Counted from the stretch's first letter, positions 29,821 to 39,569 are shown. The stretch: 64,000 nt of DNA from a bacterium (GCA_963662285.2 CAXXMV010000002.1:1-64000); one strand, 5' to 3'. Notes: generated from the sequence alone by a model not told the origin. Made by a program: numbers and translations.

Positions 29821-31594
29821 CCGTCGCTTTCTTATCTGCCTGGCAATGCTGGGCTGCATCATTTTCACCCAGGCCAACGCCTGGTGCGTAACCTCGGAAA
29901 CTCCGGTAGCCATTGCTGAAGTTAAAATCGATCTTCCCATACCCGACGCCGATCCGGTAGGAGTAAGCCACTCCATCACAATAACCGGCTCAGACCCGCT
30001 GGAATCTATCGAGGCGGCATTACAGATAAATCATGCGGCGCCGGATCAACTGGTGATTACCTTGACCAGCCCCTCCGGAGATTCGGTAATATTGCATAAT
30101 AGAAATTCGACCGACGCGGTTCCCTTCTCTCCGGTATATGAATCGAATAATCCCGCTGCAGAATCATTATCAACCTTTATCGGAAGCAACCCCCAAGGCG
30201 ACTGGACTATTAATGTTGCTGATTATGTTGCAGGCCAAACTGGTTTCCTGACCGCGTGGGGTTTGCGGGTCAGCCCGGCTTCGCTGCTTCAACCCCCCAC
30301 GCTGGCGCCTGTTCCACTACCAGACGATATGTATGCGCTTGCCGCCACTTTGATTGTTGATTCTACTATCACATACGCCGCCTCCGCAGATGCCAATGCT
30401 GATGGATTAGACGATCTGTTTATTCTCTCAGAATCGGGGAACAAGGTTTTTATCTATTTTTCAAACGGCGCCGAACTTTTAGCCCCGCCATTAACTTATG
30501 CAATAGATGCTCCTCAACTGATCGCATTGGATGACTTGAATGATGATGGCCGGTTGGATTTTGTTATAGCGGCCCGGGAAGAAAACGTTCCGGTTGTCAC
30601 CATTACCGTATTTTTAGGAAACACGGCTGGTGGCTTCAGCCAAGGCTTCACTGCGCAGGTGAATACTTATCTGGATGACCTGACCATATTAGACGTCAAT
30701 TCTGATGGAATTGCGGACATCATTGTCGGGGGAGCACCTCATCTAGTTGAGGGTGTCGGCGATGGATCATTCAAGCCAGCTATTCAGCTCGTGCATTTGG
30801 GACAATCATTTCTGGCGCATGGTGATATCAACGCTGATGGGGAAGAAGACTTTTATGTAACCATATCCCGTGGGGGAACATCATCCCATTACGATCCCTA
30901 TATATTATTTGGTTCTGAAGATATTTCTTTTCCCCAAAGAGATATTATTACCTTAGATGATGATCCATCAGACTCGTTTACTGCTAATCTGTTAGCAACC
31001 GGTTCAATTCAGTTTATCTCAATTTTAAAAGCAAATGAGCAGAGATCGAGCCATTCCATTAACGCCATTTCAGGATCAGGCCCGGGAGCGATGATGGTAT
31101 CAGAGATTCATGCTTCGACCGAAGTTCTCAGGCTTCCCGTGACGCCTATTGATATAAACGGCGATGGATTGGATGAACTGCTCTATTTATCAGCAACAGG
31201 CATCCAAGCCTACCAATATACAAATAATGAGTTCGGCGGCGTCAGCACAGAACTTTTCCAGAAACAAAATCCTCAAAAAATTATCCCTGGAAATTATTAC
31301 ACCGAAGATAGCGTTGGGCTGGCAGTCGTAACATCAATTTCTGAGATTATGCTGTTACGCTCAACCGCAGGAGCATTACCGACTCCGACGCCTTTTACTG
31401 AACCAACGCCCACCCCGACGCAGTTCTTGTTCCCGACGCCAATATCAACCACGCCTACCCCGATACCGCCGACGGCGACGCCCACGCCGGTTTCGCCAGC
31501 AGGGATTAACCCCGACATAAATGGCGACGGGCGCGTCGATAGATTGGATTTATTATTATTGATGAAGCATTGGGGTCAGGAAATAGCGCAATAA
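29750..31594 (+). CDS. Secreted proprotein-convertase P-domain + FG-GAP/VCBS repeat protein with Pro/Thr linker and dockerin-like tail
   Basis: Signal peptide ending ANA-W; P-domain ([18 protein letters not shown]...GDWTINVAD...G.L.AW); repeated DxNxDGxxD motifs; PTPTP linker; [20 protein letters not shown]. Start uncertain (29750/29756, or 29846). Confidence 0.8.
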   Translation: MTMKKNRSCQNGSHPADQNRSRNNRRFLICLAMLGCIIFTQANAWCVTSETPVAIAEVKIDLPIPDADPVGVSHSITITGSDPLESIEAALQINHAAPDQLVITLTSPSGDSVILHNRNSTDAVPFSPVYESNNPAAESLSTFIGSNPQGDWTINVADYVAGQTGFLTAWGLRVSPASLLQPPTLAPVPLPDDMYALAATLIVDSTITYAASADANADGLDDLFILSESGNKVFIYFSNGAELLAPPLTYAIDAPQLIALDDLNDDGRLDFVIAAREENVPVVTITVFLGNTAGGFSQGFTAQVNTYLDDLTILDVNSDGIADIIVGGAPHLVEGVGDGSFKPAIQLVHLGQSFLAHGDINADGEEDFYVTISRGGTSSHYDPYILFGSEDISFPQRDIITLDDDPSDSFTANLLATGSIQFISILKANEQRSSHSINAISGSGPGAMMVSEIHASTEVLRLPVTPIDINGDGLDELLYLSATGIQAYQYTNNEFGGVSTELFQKQNPQKIIPGNYYTEDSVGLAVVTSISEIMLLRSTAGALPTPTPFTEPTPTPTQFLFPTPISTTPTPIPPTATPTPVSPAGINPDINGDGRVDRLDLLLLMKHWGQEIAQ

Positions 31595-31650
31595 TATTAA
31601 AGAAAAACATTATTGATATTATTGCGCTATAGAAAACTGAACCGATGGTT

Positions 31651-34290
31651 TTATTCAATATCCTCACCCGAAACAATATCCTCAGTGGTTACCCGTAGGA
31701 TTTCTTCAAATGAAGTTACGCCGGATAATATTTTCAGGACTCCCTCTTCACGCAAAGTTTTCATTCCTCCTGAGCATGCCGCATCCCGCATATCAAGAGT
31801 ACTGGCATTATTTTCTATCAATCCACGAACCTCTCTATTAGGAACCATCATTTCATAGATGCCCGTTCGACCGATATAGCCCGTATTAGAACACTCCTTG
31901 CAGCCTCTAACGCGGAAAATGGGTTGGCCTTCGAGCAGTTTTCCTTCGACTCCAAATGCTTTTAATTCCCGTGCCGTAGCGGTAGATTGCTTCTTGCAAT
32001 GGGGGCAAAGTTTGCGTATTAAGCGCTGGGCTACAATACACATAATTGAAGAACTGAGCATTTTGACATCCACCCCGATATCTATCAAACGCGATAGCGC
32101 CGTGGAGGTATCAATGGTATGCAAGGTAGAAAAAACCAGATGCCCGGTAAGCGCTGCGTTTACCGCTATAGCAGCTGTTTCCTGATCCCTGATTTCTCCA
32201 ATCATAATTACATCAGGGTCTTGACGGAGGATGGAACGCAAAGCAGTGGCGAAAGTTAATCCCGTCGCGGTATTGTGTTGCACCTGGTTGATGCCGTTGA
32301 GTTCATACTCAATAGGATCTTCTACAGTAATGATATTTTTCGATCCATCATTGAGGTATTGTAAAGAGGTATACTGGAGCGTGGTTTTTCCACTGCCAGT
32401 AGGGCCAGTAGCCAGAATTAATCCATGAGATGACGAAATGGCTCTTCGATAATCCTCCAGCGCATCAGGCCTTATACCCAGACGATCCAAAGGCGCCTTG
32501 GCTATCTGTTTGTCCAACAGACGCATAACCACTTTCTCGCCCAACCGGGTTGGAATGGTTGAGACGCGAACATTGGTCTCCTCTCCAATCAAGACGCGTT
32601 GAAAATGGCCATCCTGCGGCAAGCGCTTCTCCGCGATATTGAGATTACATATAACTTTTATGCAGCTAACCAGAATGTTATTCAAGCCGCCCTCAATGGA
32701 GATGGATTCAGTCAAGACTCCATCCACTCTATAACGAACCAGGATTTTACCTTCTTCCGGTTCAATATGGATATCGCTGGAACGGATCTTTTTTCCATAG
32801 ATCATGATAAGATAGAGAAAATTGACCATTTGCTCCCGCTGAGCATCATCATGAGCTGAGTTCGAAAGCTCGCGATTTCGCGCCATGACCAGCGCTTGAT
32901 TCTGGATAACATCAGGCAAGGAAAATGGCGGTTTTATTTGCACTTCGCAGAACGGGCAAATATCAAAATCGTAATTCTCAAACAACTCATAGTTATCGAT
33001 TGCGCGGTCGCATGATGGACAACGCGTGCGAGGCTCTTCTCTTCTCCAGCGATCAATGAAATAGAAGATCAAGCCAAAAATACCGGCGTAATTAACAATT
33101 TTACGCCAGTTATAATAAATCACTTTGCGTTTGGGTAGATCACGAATGAGTAGTTTCATCGGGATATACCAGTAAATCATAAAGATGCCGAAAATAATAG
33201 CGATATACTTCAATGCGTTAAGAATCTTGGGGAACGAAACGGATACCGTCCCCTTGGTTAAATCCGTACTGAACTTTTTTATCGATTTCCATGAGCCGCT
33301 GAACCACTGTCCAACTTTCTGAGTAGTACTTGGAACTGGAGTTGGAATCGGCTCGGGAACATAAACTGGTCGCGGACGCGGAGTTGGAGTTGGTTGCAGA
33401 GCGCGTGCGGCTCTGGCAATAAGATTCTTGACCCGACGCGCGTCGCGAGAAGAAAGAGTCGAAGCATCTATTTTGGATAAGTAGTCCGTGGCTTGTTCAT
33501 ACGCATTATTATTAAAAGCCATTGTGCCCAGGTAATATAAAGCCATCGAATTATCTGGATCACGCTTTATAGCTTCCAACAAGGCATTTTCTGCAATTTT
33601 ATTATTAGTACTAGAGCGCTTAAATTCATTTTCTCCCCATTGGAAATATAGTTCAGCAATTCTTTTTTCAAGATTCCGGGCTATTGGAGCGCCCGGATAA
33701 TTTTCAAATACTATGGAGTAATGATGGATAGACTGTTCGTAATTGCGCCGCAGAACCTGCTTTTGACCTTCCTCAAAATGCGCCTGAGCTGTCTTCTGAT
33801 CTAAATCAATTTTGGCGTTTTGCAAAAGCGAAAGCAGATGAGAATCAGATATTTTATGCTTGAGAGATTCAATCTCCTTAATATCTTCCAGACCTTGAGT
33901 TAGTGAATCATGCCCACCCAATGCCTGGATATACTTTCGTATTGCGTTTTCCTGCTGAGTAAGGATGGCGTTCTTTTCCGCTTGCGATGGAGAGAGCAAC
34001 AATGCATCGGAATAAAGCGCTACCGCATCATTATAACGATTTTGCAATTCCGCCGCACGCGCATTTGATAAGATATTGGAAACATCCGAGCCTTTGGCCA
34101 CCCGCTCAACATCGCTCAGTTTATAGGAAAAAACGCCTCCGGACGTTTGAATACTAATAGCATCGCCATCCTGGCTGCGAATGATGCCTTCTATTTTCTG
34201 GCCATTTTTAAGATGTATAACATCAGCCGACAAATCAGCAGCCGAGACTAATAGCACTAAAACAAAGCTAATCCAATATAAAAGTTTCAC
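31651..34290 (-). CDS. GspE/PilB-family secretion/pilus ATPase fused to signal peptide, TPR region, TM anchor and double zinc ribbon
   Basis: C-terminal about 390 aa: SSDIHIEP, RYRVDGVL, EKRLPQDG, GEKVVMRLL, Walker A GPTGSGKTT, TVEDPIE, LRQDPDVIMIGEIRD, TGHLVFSTLHT, CPHC/CKEC. The N-terminal about 480 aa is unrelated to usual PilB N-domains. Confidence 0.9.
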   Translation of the reverse strand: MKLLYWISFVLVLLVSAADLSADVIHLKNGQKIEGIIRSQDGDAISIQTSGGVFSYKLSDVERVAKGSDVSNILSNARAAELQNRYNDAVALYSDALLLSPSQAEKNAILTQQENAIRKYIQALGGHDSLTQGLEDIKEIESLKHKISDSHLLSLLQNAKIDLDQKTAQAHFEEGQKQVLRRNYEQSIHHYSIVFENYPGAPIARNLEKRIAELYFQWGENEFKRSSTNNKIAENALLEAIKRDPDNSMALYYLGTMAFNNNAYEQATDYLSKIDASTLSSRDARRVKNLIARAARALQPTPTPRPRPVYVPEPIPTPVPSTTQKVGQWFSGSWKSIKKFSTDLTKGTVSVSFPKILNALKYIAIIFGIFMIYWYIPMKLLIRDLPKRKVIYYNWRKIVNYAGIFGLIFYFIDRWRREEPRTRCPSCDRAIDNYELFENYDFDICPFCEVQIKPPFSLPDVIQNQALVMARNRELSNSAHDDAQREQMVNFLYLIMIYGKKIRSSDIHIEPEEGKILVRYRVDGVLTESISIEGGLNNILVSCIKVICNLNIAEKRLPQDGHFQRVLIGEETNVRVSTIPTRLGEKVVMRLLDKQIAKAPLDRLGIRPDALEDYRRAISSSHGLILATGPTGSGKTTLQYTSLQYLNDGSKNIITVEDPIEYELNGINQVQHNTATGLTFATALRSILRQDPDVIMIGEIRDQETAAIAVNAALTGHLVFSTLHTIDTSTALSRLIDIGVDVKMLSSSIMCIVAQRLIRKLCPHCKKQSTATARELKAFGVEGKLLEGQPIFRVRGCKECSNTGYIGRTGIYEMMVPNREVRGLIENNASTLDMRDAACSGGMKTLREEGVLKILSGVTSFEEILRVTTEDIVSGEDIE

Positions 34291-34345
34291 AAACAGTTCC
34301 TCTGTAAATAGAATTCTATTTTCTTTAAAAACAAAATATACACTT

Positions 34346-34462
34346 GTACTCTGACCAACTAATTATGTCAGGCAACCTCGCACCCTCGCCCCACGGGATA
34401 GGGCTAGGGTAAGGGGGAATTACAGAAAACCACCTGACAAAAGAAACTGGTCATACCACTAG
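34346..34462. repeat. MITE-like element with about 27-bp imperfect TIRs enclosing a CCCTC.CCC/GGG.AGGG palindrome
   Basis: Left gtactctgaccaactaattatgtcagg versus right reverse-complement gtggtatgaccagtttcttttgtcagg; interior ccctcgccccacgggatagggctagggtaagggg. Confidence 0.55.
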
Positions 34463-34768
34463 AGCGACTCTAAACTTATATTCGCTTATTATCACGCTTA
34501 GTCTTCGAAAAATGCAATCTTTTCTGAGCTTTTCGAATCGCCGCTCAAAACGTTATTATAAAAACCACTTAAAAAATGGCGCTATTCAGTCAGATATGTC
34601 TATTGCAAACGCCATATAATACCACCCTGGTCTAGTTAATCGCCCCTGCTATGTATCATTATCATAAAAAAGAAGACATACTTAACAGTATCATTCACTT
34701 ATAAAGTCGTCTACAAAATTTATATCTTTATACTATCAAACGAATTAAAGAGATATTTTATTCGATGC

Positions 34769-36175
34769 TCAATCCTTGAATTTTTTTATCATCAGATTGT
34801 ATTCACGTATTTTCCGATATATTGTGGCCTGGCTTAAATGCAGAGCAGTCGAGGCTTTGGGAACGCTGCCCTTGGTTAACCGCAGGGCATTTTCTATAGC
34901 GTCTTTTTCCAGTTTCTCGAATGGAATAATTGCCTCTTCTGCAATATTAGACTTATCCGGTTTTTCTCCACTTATAATTGATCCTGTTGCAGCGGCGCAT
35001 ACTGCCTGCGGCAGCATATCCGCTTCCAACTCTCCGCCCTGATTAAGAACCACGCACTGCTGAATACAATTCTGTAATTCACGTACATTCCCCGGCCATG
35101 AATATGAACAAAGAGCATCAAGCGCTGCATGAGAAATGGATCGGAACGGTTTATCATGCTCCACAGCAAAATTCTTCAAAAAAGCGTCCGCCAATTCCGG
35201 TATATCATCGGCATGATCACGCAATGGCGGCAAAGGAATATGAACCACGTTGAGCCGGTAATATAAATCTTCACGAAATGATTTTTCCTGTATGGATTGC
35301 ATTGGATCGCGGTTGGTAGCGGAAATAATGCGAATATCAACTGAAATTTTATCTTTCCCTCCAACCCGGTAAAACGCATACTCCTGCAAAAAACGTAGTA
35401 TTTTGGCTTGCAGAGAGAATTCCATTTCCGCAATTTCATCGAGAAACAAAGTCGATTGATGCGCCCTTTCACACCTTCCGATATAACGTTCTTTCGCGCC
35501 GGTAAAAGCATGCGGCTCATGACCAAACAACTCGCTTTCCAGCAGTTCTTTGGGAATAGCGGCGCAATTGACGTCTACTAATTCATGATTCTTTCTCGGA
35601 GATAATAGATGAATCGCACGGGCGACTAACTCTTTACCAGTGCCGCTTTCACCGGTGATCAGCACAGGCGCCTTGGTGGGCGCTACCGTCTCTATGATGC
35701 GATAGATCACCTGCATTTCGGCGCTGCCGCCGATCATCTCGCATAATCCATCCCGCTGTGACCGTTCGAAGGTTTGCACCCGCCGTTTTAATTTACGGTG
35801 TTCGACGGCATTCTTGACTGATACCAATAACCTGTTCCAATCAATAGGCTTAGCCCCGAAATCATAAGCCCCGCTTCGCATAGCGTCCACGGCGCGTTCG
35901 ATGCTGCCATGAGCGGTGATCAAAATAACCGGCAATCCTGAGTCGATTTCAGCAATCTCCGTCAACAACGATATTCCATCACCATCCGGCAACATATAAT
36001 CAAGCAGAATTGCATCGAAATCATCTTCCTCTTCAAGGGCTTTTCGCAATCCCGCGCAGCAATCCTCGCCCCGTACATGATACCCCTCCTGCACCAGCCG
36101 GGTTTCAAGCATTTGCCTTATATCATCGGAATCATCAGTAATCAGTATTTTGGGCATATCCGCCTCATATAACAT
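34769..36175 (-). CDS. Sigma-54-dependent response regulator (NtrC/AtoC family)
   Basis: REC domain (ITDD, LLDYMLPDGDG, TAHG, KP); AAA+ GESGTGKE, ESELFGHEPHAFTGA, FLDEI, WPGNVREL; Fis-type HTH. Confidence 0.95.
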   Translation of the reverse strand: MLYEADMPKILITDDSDDIRQMLETRLVQEGYHVRGEDCCAGLRKALEEEDDFDAILLDYMLPDGDGISLLTEIAEIDSGLPVILITAHGSIERAVDAMRSGAYDFGAKPIDWNRLLVSVKNAVEHRKLKRRVQTFERSQRDGLCEMIGGSAEMQVIYRIIETVAPTKAPVLITGESGTGKELVARAIHLLSPRKNHELVDVNCAAIPKELLESELFGHEPHAFTGAKERYIGRCERAHQSTLFLDEIAEMEFSLQAKILRFLQEYAFYRVGGKDKISVDIRIISATNRDPMQSIQEKSFREDLYYRLNVVHIPLPPLRDHADDIPELADAFLKNFAVEHDKPFRSISHAALDALCSYSWPGNVRELQNCIQQCVVLNQGGELEADMLPQAVCAAATGSIISGEKPDKSNIAEEAIIPFEKLEKDAIENALRLTKGSVPKASTALHLSQATIYRKIREYNLMIKKFKD

Positions 36176-36428
36176 TTTTAATTACACATCTCAACTGTGT
36201 AGCATAATCCCCATTTACAAAGCTTTCAATAATTAAACGCAAATAAGGCATAATGGTCACAAACGAGAATATAAAAAATTTGTCAGATTTGTTTTCTTTC
36301 GATGGAAACCAGCTATTTAAAACCATTTAACCGCTTTTACTTTTGTCACTGACTTTGATATAGTATCATCGCAATTATTCCAAAAACTGTTGATTCACTA
36401 TCACGACAAACAACTACAGGAGTAAATC

Positions 36429-38090
36429 ATGGTCAAGAAATATGCATTGGGGATCGATTATGGGACTGAATCGGGACGGGCGCTGCTGGTTGACGTTGCA
36501 ACCGGAGAAGAAGCGGCTACCAGCGTTCTTAATTATTCAAATGGCGTAATGGACGAAACGCTGCCGGATGGAACCAAACTGGATCATGATTGGGCTTTGC
36601 AAGACCCGAATGACTGGATTGAAGTACTGAAAACCACTATCCCTGCCGTATTAAAAGAAACTGGAGTCTCTCCAGACCAGATAATTGGCATCGGAGTGGA
36701 TTTCACCTCCTGCACCGTGCTTCCCGTAGATGAAAGCGGCGCGCCTTTATGCAATACGCCTGAACTGAAAAGCCGCCCCCATGCTTGGCCGAAATTATGG
36801 AAGCATCATGCAGCGCAACCAGAGGCGGACAAAATAACCAAAGCCATCCTGGAAAGAGGCGATCCCCTGTTGGAGCGATACGGCGGCAAAATGTCATCCG
36901 AGTGGATTGTACCCAAAATCTGGCAAGTGCTTGATGAGGATGTGGAAATATATGATAAAGCCGCCCGTTTCATCGAAGGCGGCGACTGGGTAGTAGAGCA
37001 ACTTTGCGGCCAGGAAGCGCGCAGTTCCTGCATGGCAGGCTATAAAGGCATGTGGGACAAGGAAGACGGCTTCCCTTCCGCCGAATTACTCAATGACCTT
37101 CACCCCAAACTTAAAAATCTGGTTGGAACCAAACTGTCACCCAATATATGCCCGCTAGGCGAGAAAGCGGGAGAATTAACCGAAGAAGCCGCCGCTTTAA
37201 CCGGATTAAATCCAGGCACCGCCATCGCCGTCGCCATTATTGACGCCCATGCCGCCGTACCCGGCGCCGGAGTAACCGAACCGGGCAAAATGTTAATGGT
37301 GATGGGAACCTCAACCTGCCACATGCTTTTATCTGATAAGAAAATGAAAGTCGACGGCATGTGCGGCTGCGTTATGGATGGAATATTGCCTGGTTTTTAT
37401 GGTTATGAAGCTGGTCAACCGGCCACTGGAGACATCTTCGCCTGGTACATTGAACACTGTGCGCCTAATGCAGTATTCGAAGAAGCCAAAAATAGAGGAA
37501 TTAGCATTCACGAACTATTAGAAAGCCGGGCGGAAAAATTATCTCCCGGAGAAAGCGGCCTGATTGCATTGGATTGGTGGAATGGAAACCGTTCCGTACT
37601 GGTGGATGCTGAATTATCCGGCTTAATTCTTGGCATGACGCTAACCACCAAGCCGGAAGAGATTTATCTGGCTTTGATCGAAGCAACCGCCTTCGGCGCA
37701 AGGAAAATCATTGAAGCCTTCGGCGACAATGGCATCACCATAAACCACCTCTACGCCTGCGGCGGACTGGCGGAGAAGAATAAACTGCTAATGCAGGTCT
37801 ATTCGGATATAACCGGCCTGGCTATACGCATCGCTGAATCACCCCAAACCTGCGCATTGGGCGCCGCCATACTGGGAAGCGTTGCCGCCGGACAGGCCAA
37901 TGGTGGATACGACACGCCACAGCAAGCCGCCGCTAAAATGGCGCGGCTTAAAGAGGAATCATACAAGCCTTCCGCCGAACGACATAAGAAATATACCGCC
38001 CTGTATAACGAATATCAGAAACTACACGATTATTTTGGACGTGGAACCAATGACGTCATGAAGCGCCTGAGGGAAATTCGGTTGGGATAA
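36429..38090 (+). CDS. araB: Ribulokinase
   Basis: GIDYGTESGRA, DFTSCT, KLWKHHAAQ, IIDAHA, MGTSTCH, EAGQ, LDWWNGNRS, YQKLHDYFG. Confidence 0.93.
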   Translation: MVKKYALGIDYGTESGRALLVDVATGEEAATSVLNYSNGVMDETLPDGTKLDHDWALQDPNDWIEVLKTTIPAVLKETGVSPDQIIGIGVDFTSCTVLPVDESGAPLCNTPELKSRPHAWPKLWKHHAAQPEADKITKAILERGDPLLERYGGKMSSEWIVPKIWQVLDEDVEIYDKAARFIEGGDWVVEQLCGQEARSSCMAGYKGMWDKEDGFPSAELLNDLHPKLKNLVGTKLSPNICPLGEKAGELTEEAAALTGLNPGTAIAVAIIDAHAAVPGAGVTEPGKMLMVMGTSTCHMLLSDKKMKVDGMCGCVMDGILPGFYGYEAGQPATGDIFAWYIEHCAPNAVFEEAKNRGISIHELLESRAEKLSPGESGLIALDWWNGNRSVLVDAELSGLILGMTLTTKPEEIYLALIEATAFGARKIIEAFGDNGITINHLYACGGLAEKNKLLMQVYSDITGLAIRIAESPQTCALGAAILGSVAAGQANGGYDTPQQAAAKMARLKEESYKPSAERHKKYTALYNEYQKLHDYFGRGTNDVMKRLREIRLG

Positions 38091-38139
38091 TGACAAGTTT
38101 CTAGTTGATGCATATTTCTCAATTATCAATAATACTTCA

Positions 38140-38178
38140 GGGGAGAGTTTAAAAAGGCTCTCCCCGTTGTTTTATTTT
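38140..38178 (+). terminator. Intrinsic terminator after araB
   Basis: ggggagag...ctctcccc stem followed by gttgttttatttt. Confidence 0.65.
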
Positions 38179-38180
38179 AA

Positions 38181-38370
38181 AAACAGTGGTTGCTATCAAC
38201 CCTCTCCTGACCTCTCCCAATCTTGGGAGAGGAATGTTCACCCTCAACATTTTGCATGACTAAGCCTAATCAATACAACCGCTTATACCCAAAATCCCTC
38301 TCTCCCAAGTTTGGGGGAGAATTCAAGAGGGGGTTGTTTTCTAAAACCAAGTAATTTCTAACCACCGTTT
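38181..38370. repeat. Pair of inverted REP-like CTCTCCC...GGGAGAG palindromes with outer inverted ends
   Basis: ccctctcctgacctctcccaatcttgggagagg (38200-38232) and an oppositely oriented ccctctctcccaagtttgggggagaattcaagaggggg (38296-38333); outer aaacagtggtt / aaccaccgttt. Confidence 0.6.
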
Positions 38371-39330
38371 TTAGTTTTTTTCATCCTTGGTTTTGGTTTT
38401 TTTGAGAGCATTACGCTCCCAGAAGACGCCGCCTTCGTATCCCTGGATCGTTTTATTTCGTCCTGCGTTTAGCAGTCTTTTTTCCGCTAAACAGCAAAAC
38501 TCTTCATCAATCTCAATTCCCACATAATTCCGCCCCAGTTTTTTGGCTGTAACAGAAGTGGTTCCCGATCCAAGAAAAGGGTCTAATACGATATCGCCGG
38601 GATTGGAGCTGGCTAGTATTATCTTGGCTAGCATTTTTTCGGATTTCTGGGTTGGATGATCCGTATTTTCCCGCATAGACCAGAAAGGAATAGTGATATC
38701 AGTCCACAGATTTGAAGGATGAGTCAGACGATATTTGCCATCTTTGGTCTCCTGCCAGTCTTTCGGATCGCCATTGGTTGATTTATACGGCGCCAGGACG
38801 CTACGCTGTAATTTAACTGCATCAATATTGAAAGTAAATTCATCAGAAACAGTGCAATACCAGATATCTTCCATACTATTCTTCCAGTTGCTCTTGGCGC
38901 CCCGCCCTTTTTCTCTTTCCCATGTTATGCGGTTGCGGATTTGGAAATGTTTTTGAATAACCTCATAAACCGCCTGAGAACAACGCCAGTCGCAACACAC
39001 ATAAATTGATGCGGTAGGTTTCATAAGACGAACCATCGGCGTAATCCATTGATCCATCCAATAGATATATTCTTCGCTGGTTTTTCTCTTGAAAGCCCTC
39101 TGATTAAAACGCTTGGGTAAATTGTAGGGAGGATCAAGAAACAAAAGATCAACAAATTGATCTGGAAGATGGGGGATAGTTTTATATAAATCCTGATTAA
39201 TTGTCTTATTAAGTATGGATTTGACAATAACAGGTTTTTTTAGACGCACTAACTTTTTACCGTACTTTTCAAGTTCCCCAGACGACAGTTGTAAAGTGCG
39301 GTTATATGGGATTTTTTCTGAAATGGTCAT
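38371..39330 (-). CDS. Orphan N6-adenine/N4-cytosine DNA methyltransferase (beta class)
   Basis: Catalytic DPPY precedes HPTQKS and the SAM-binding DPFLGSGTT...GIEI; no cognate endonuclease adjacent. Confidence 0.92.
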   Translation of the reverse strand: MTISEKIPYNRTLQLSSGELEKYGKKLVRLKKPVIVKSILNKTINQDLYKTIPHLPDQFVDLLFLDPPYNLPKRFNQRAFKRKTSEEYIYWMDQWITPMVRLMKPTASIYVCCDWRCSQAVYEVIQKHFQIRNRITWEREKGRGAKSNWKNSMEDIWYCTVSDEFTFNIDAVKLQRSVLAPYKSTNGDPKDWQETKDGKYRLTHPSNLWTDITIPFWSMRENTDHPTQKSEKMLAKIILASSNPGDIVLDPFLGSGTTSVTAKKLGRNYVGIEIDEEFCCLAEKRLLNAGRNKTIQGYEGGVFWERNALKKTKTKDEKN

Positions 39331-39433
39331 AAGGTTTTTATGGGATAAATCACATTATATCTAATTTATTATCACTCTAAAAATCTGCAAAAACCAGAGA
39401 TATTGCTAAAAAATGGAGAAATGAGAAGGAAAA

Positions 39434-39507
39434 TGGAGGCGGCGGCCGGATTTGAACCGGCGATAAAGGATTTGCAGTCCTCTGCCTTACCACTTGGCTA
39501 CGCCGCC
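39434..39507 (-). tRNA. tRNA-Cys (GCA)
   Basis: Reverse complement GGCGGCGTAGCCAAGTGGTAAGGCAGAGGACTGCAAATCCTTTATCGCCGGTTCAAATCCGGCCGCCGCCTCCA forms a cloverleaf with GCA anticodon, U73 and encoded CCA. Confidence 0.97.
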
Positions 39508-39540
39508 ATATTATGAATTAAATAAGTCAAACGAAGGAAC

Positions 39541-39569
39541 ATTATTGAAGCCGATGCCAAACCTGTCAA
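39541..39569 (-). promoter_or_regulatory. Promoter for tRNA-Cys
   Basis: TTGACA N17 AATAAT on the minus strand about 35 nt upstream of the tRNA. Confidence 0.5.

Noticed and set aside
34560-34620. Sigma54 -24/-12 promoter for the TPR-PilB gene
   Set aside because: TGGCG and TTGC occur but without the required spacing.
39331-39450. attR-like duplication of the tRNA-Cys 3' end marking a genomic island
   Set aside because: Only a 9-bp aaaatggag echo about 20 bp away; I saw no longer duplicate in the window and no integrase.
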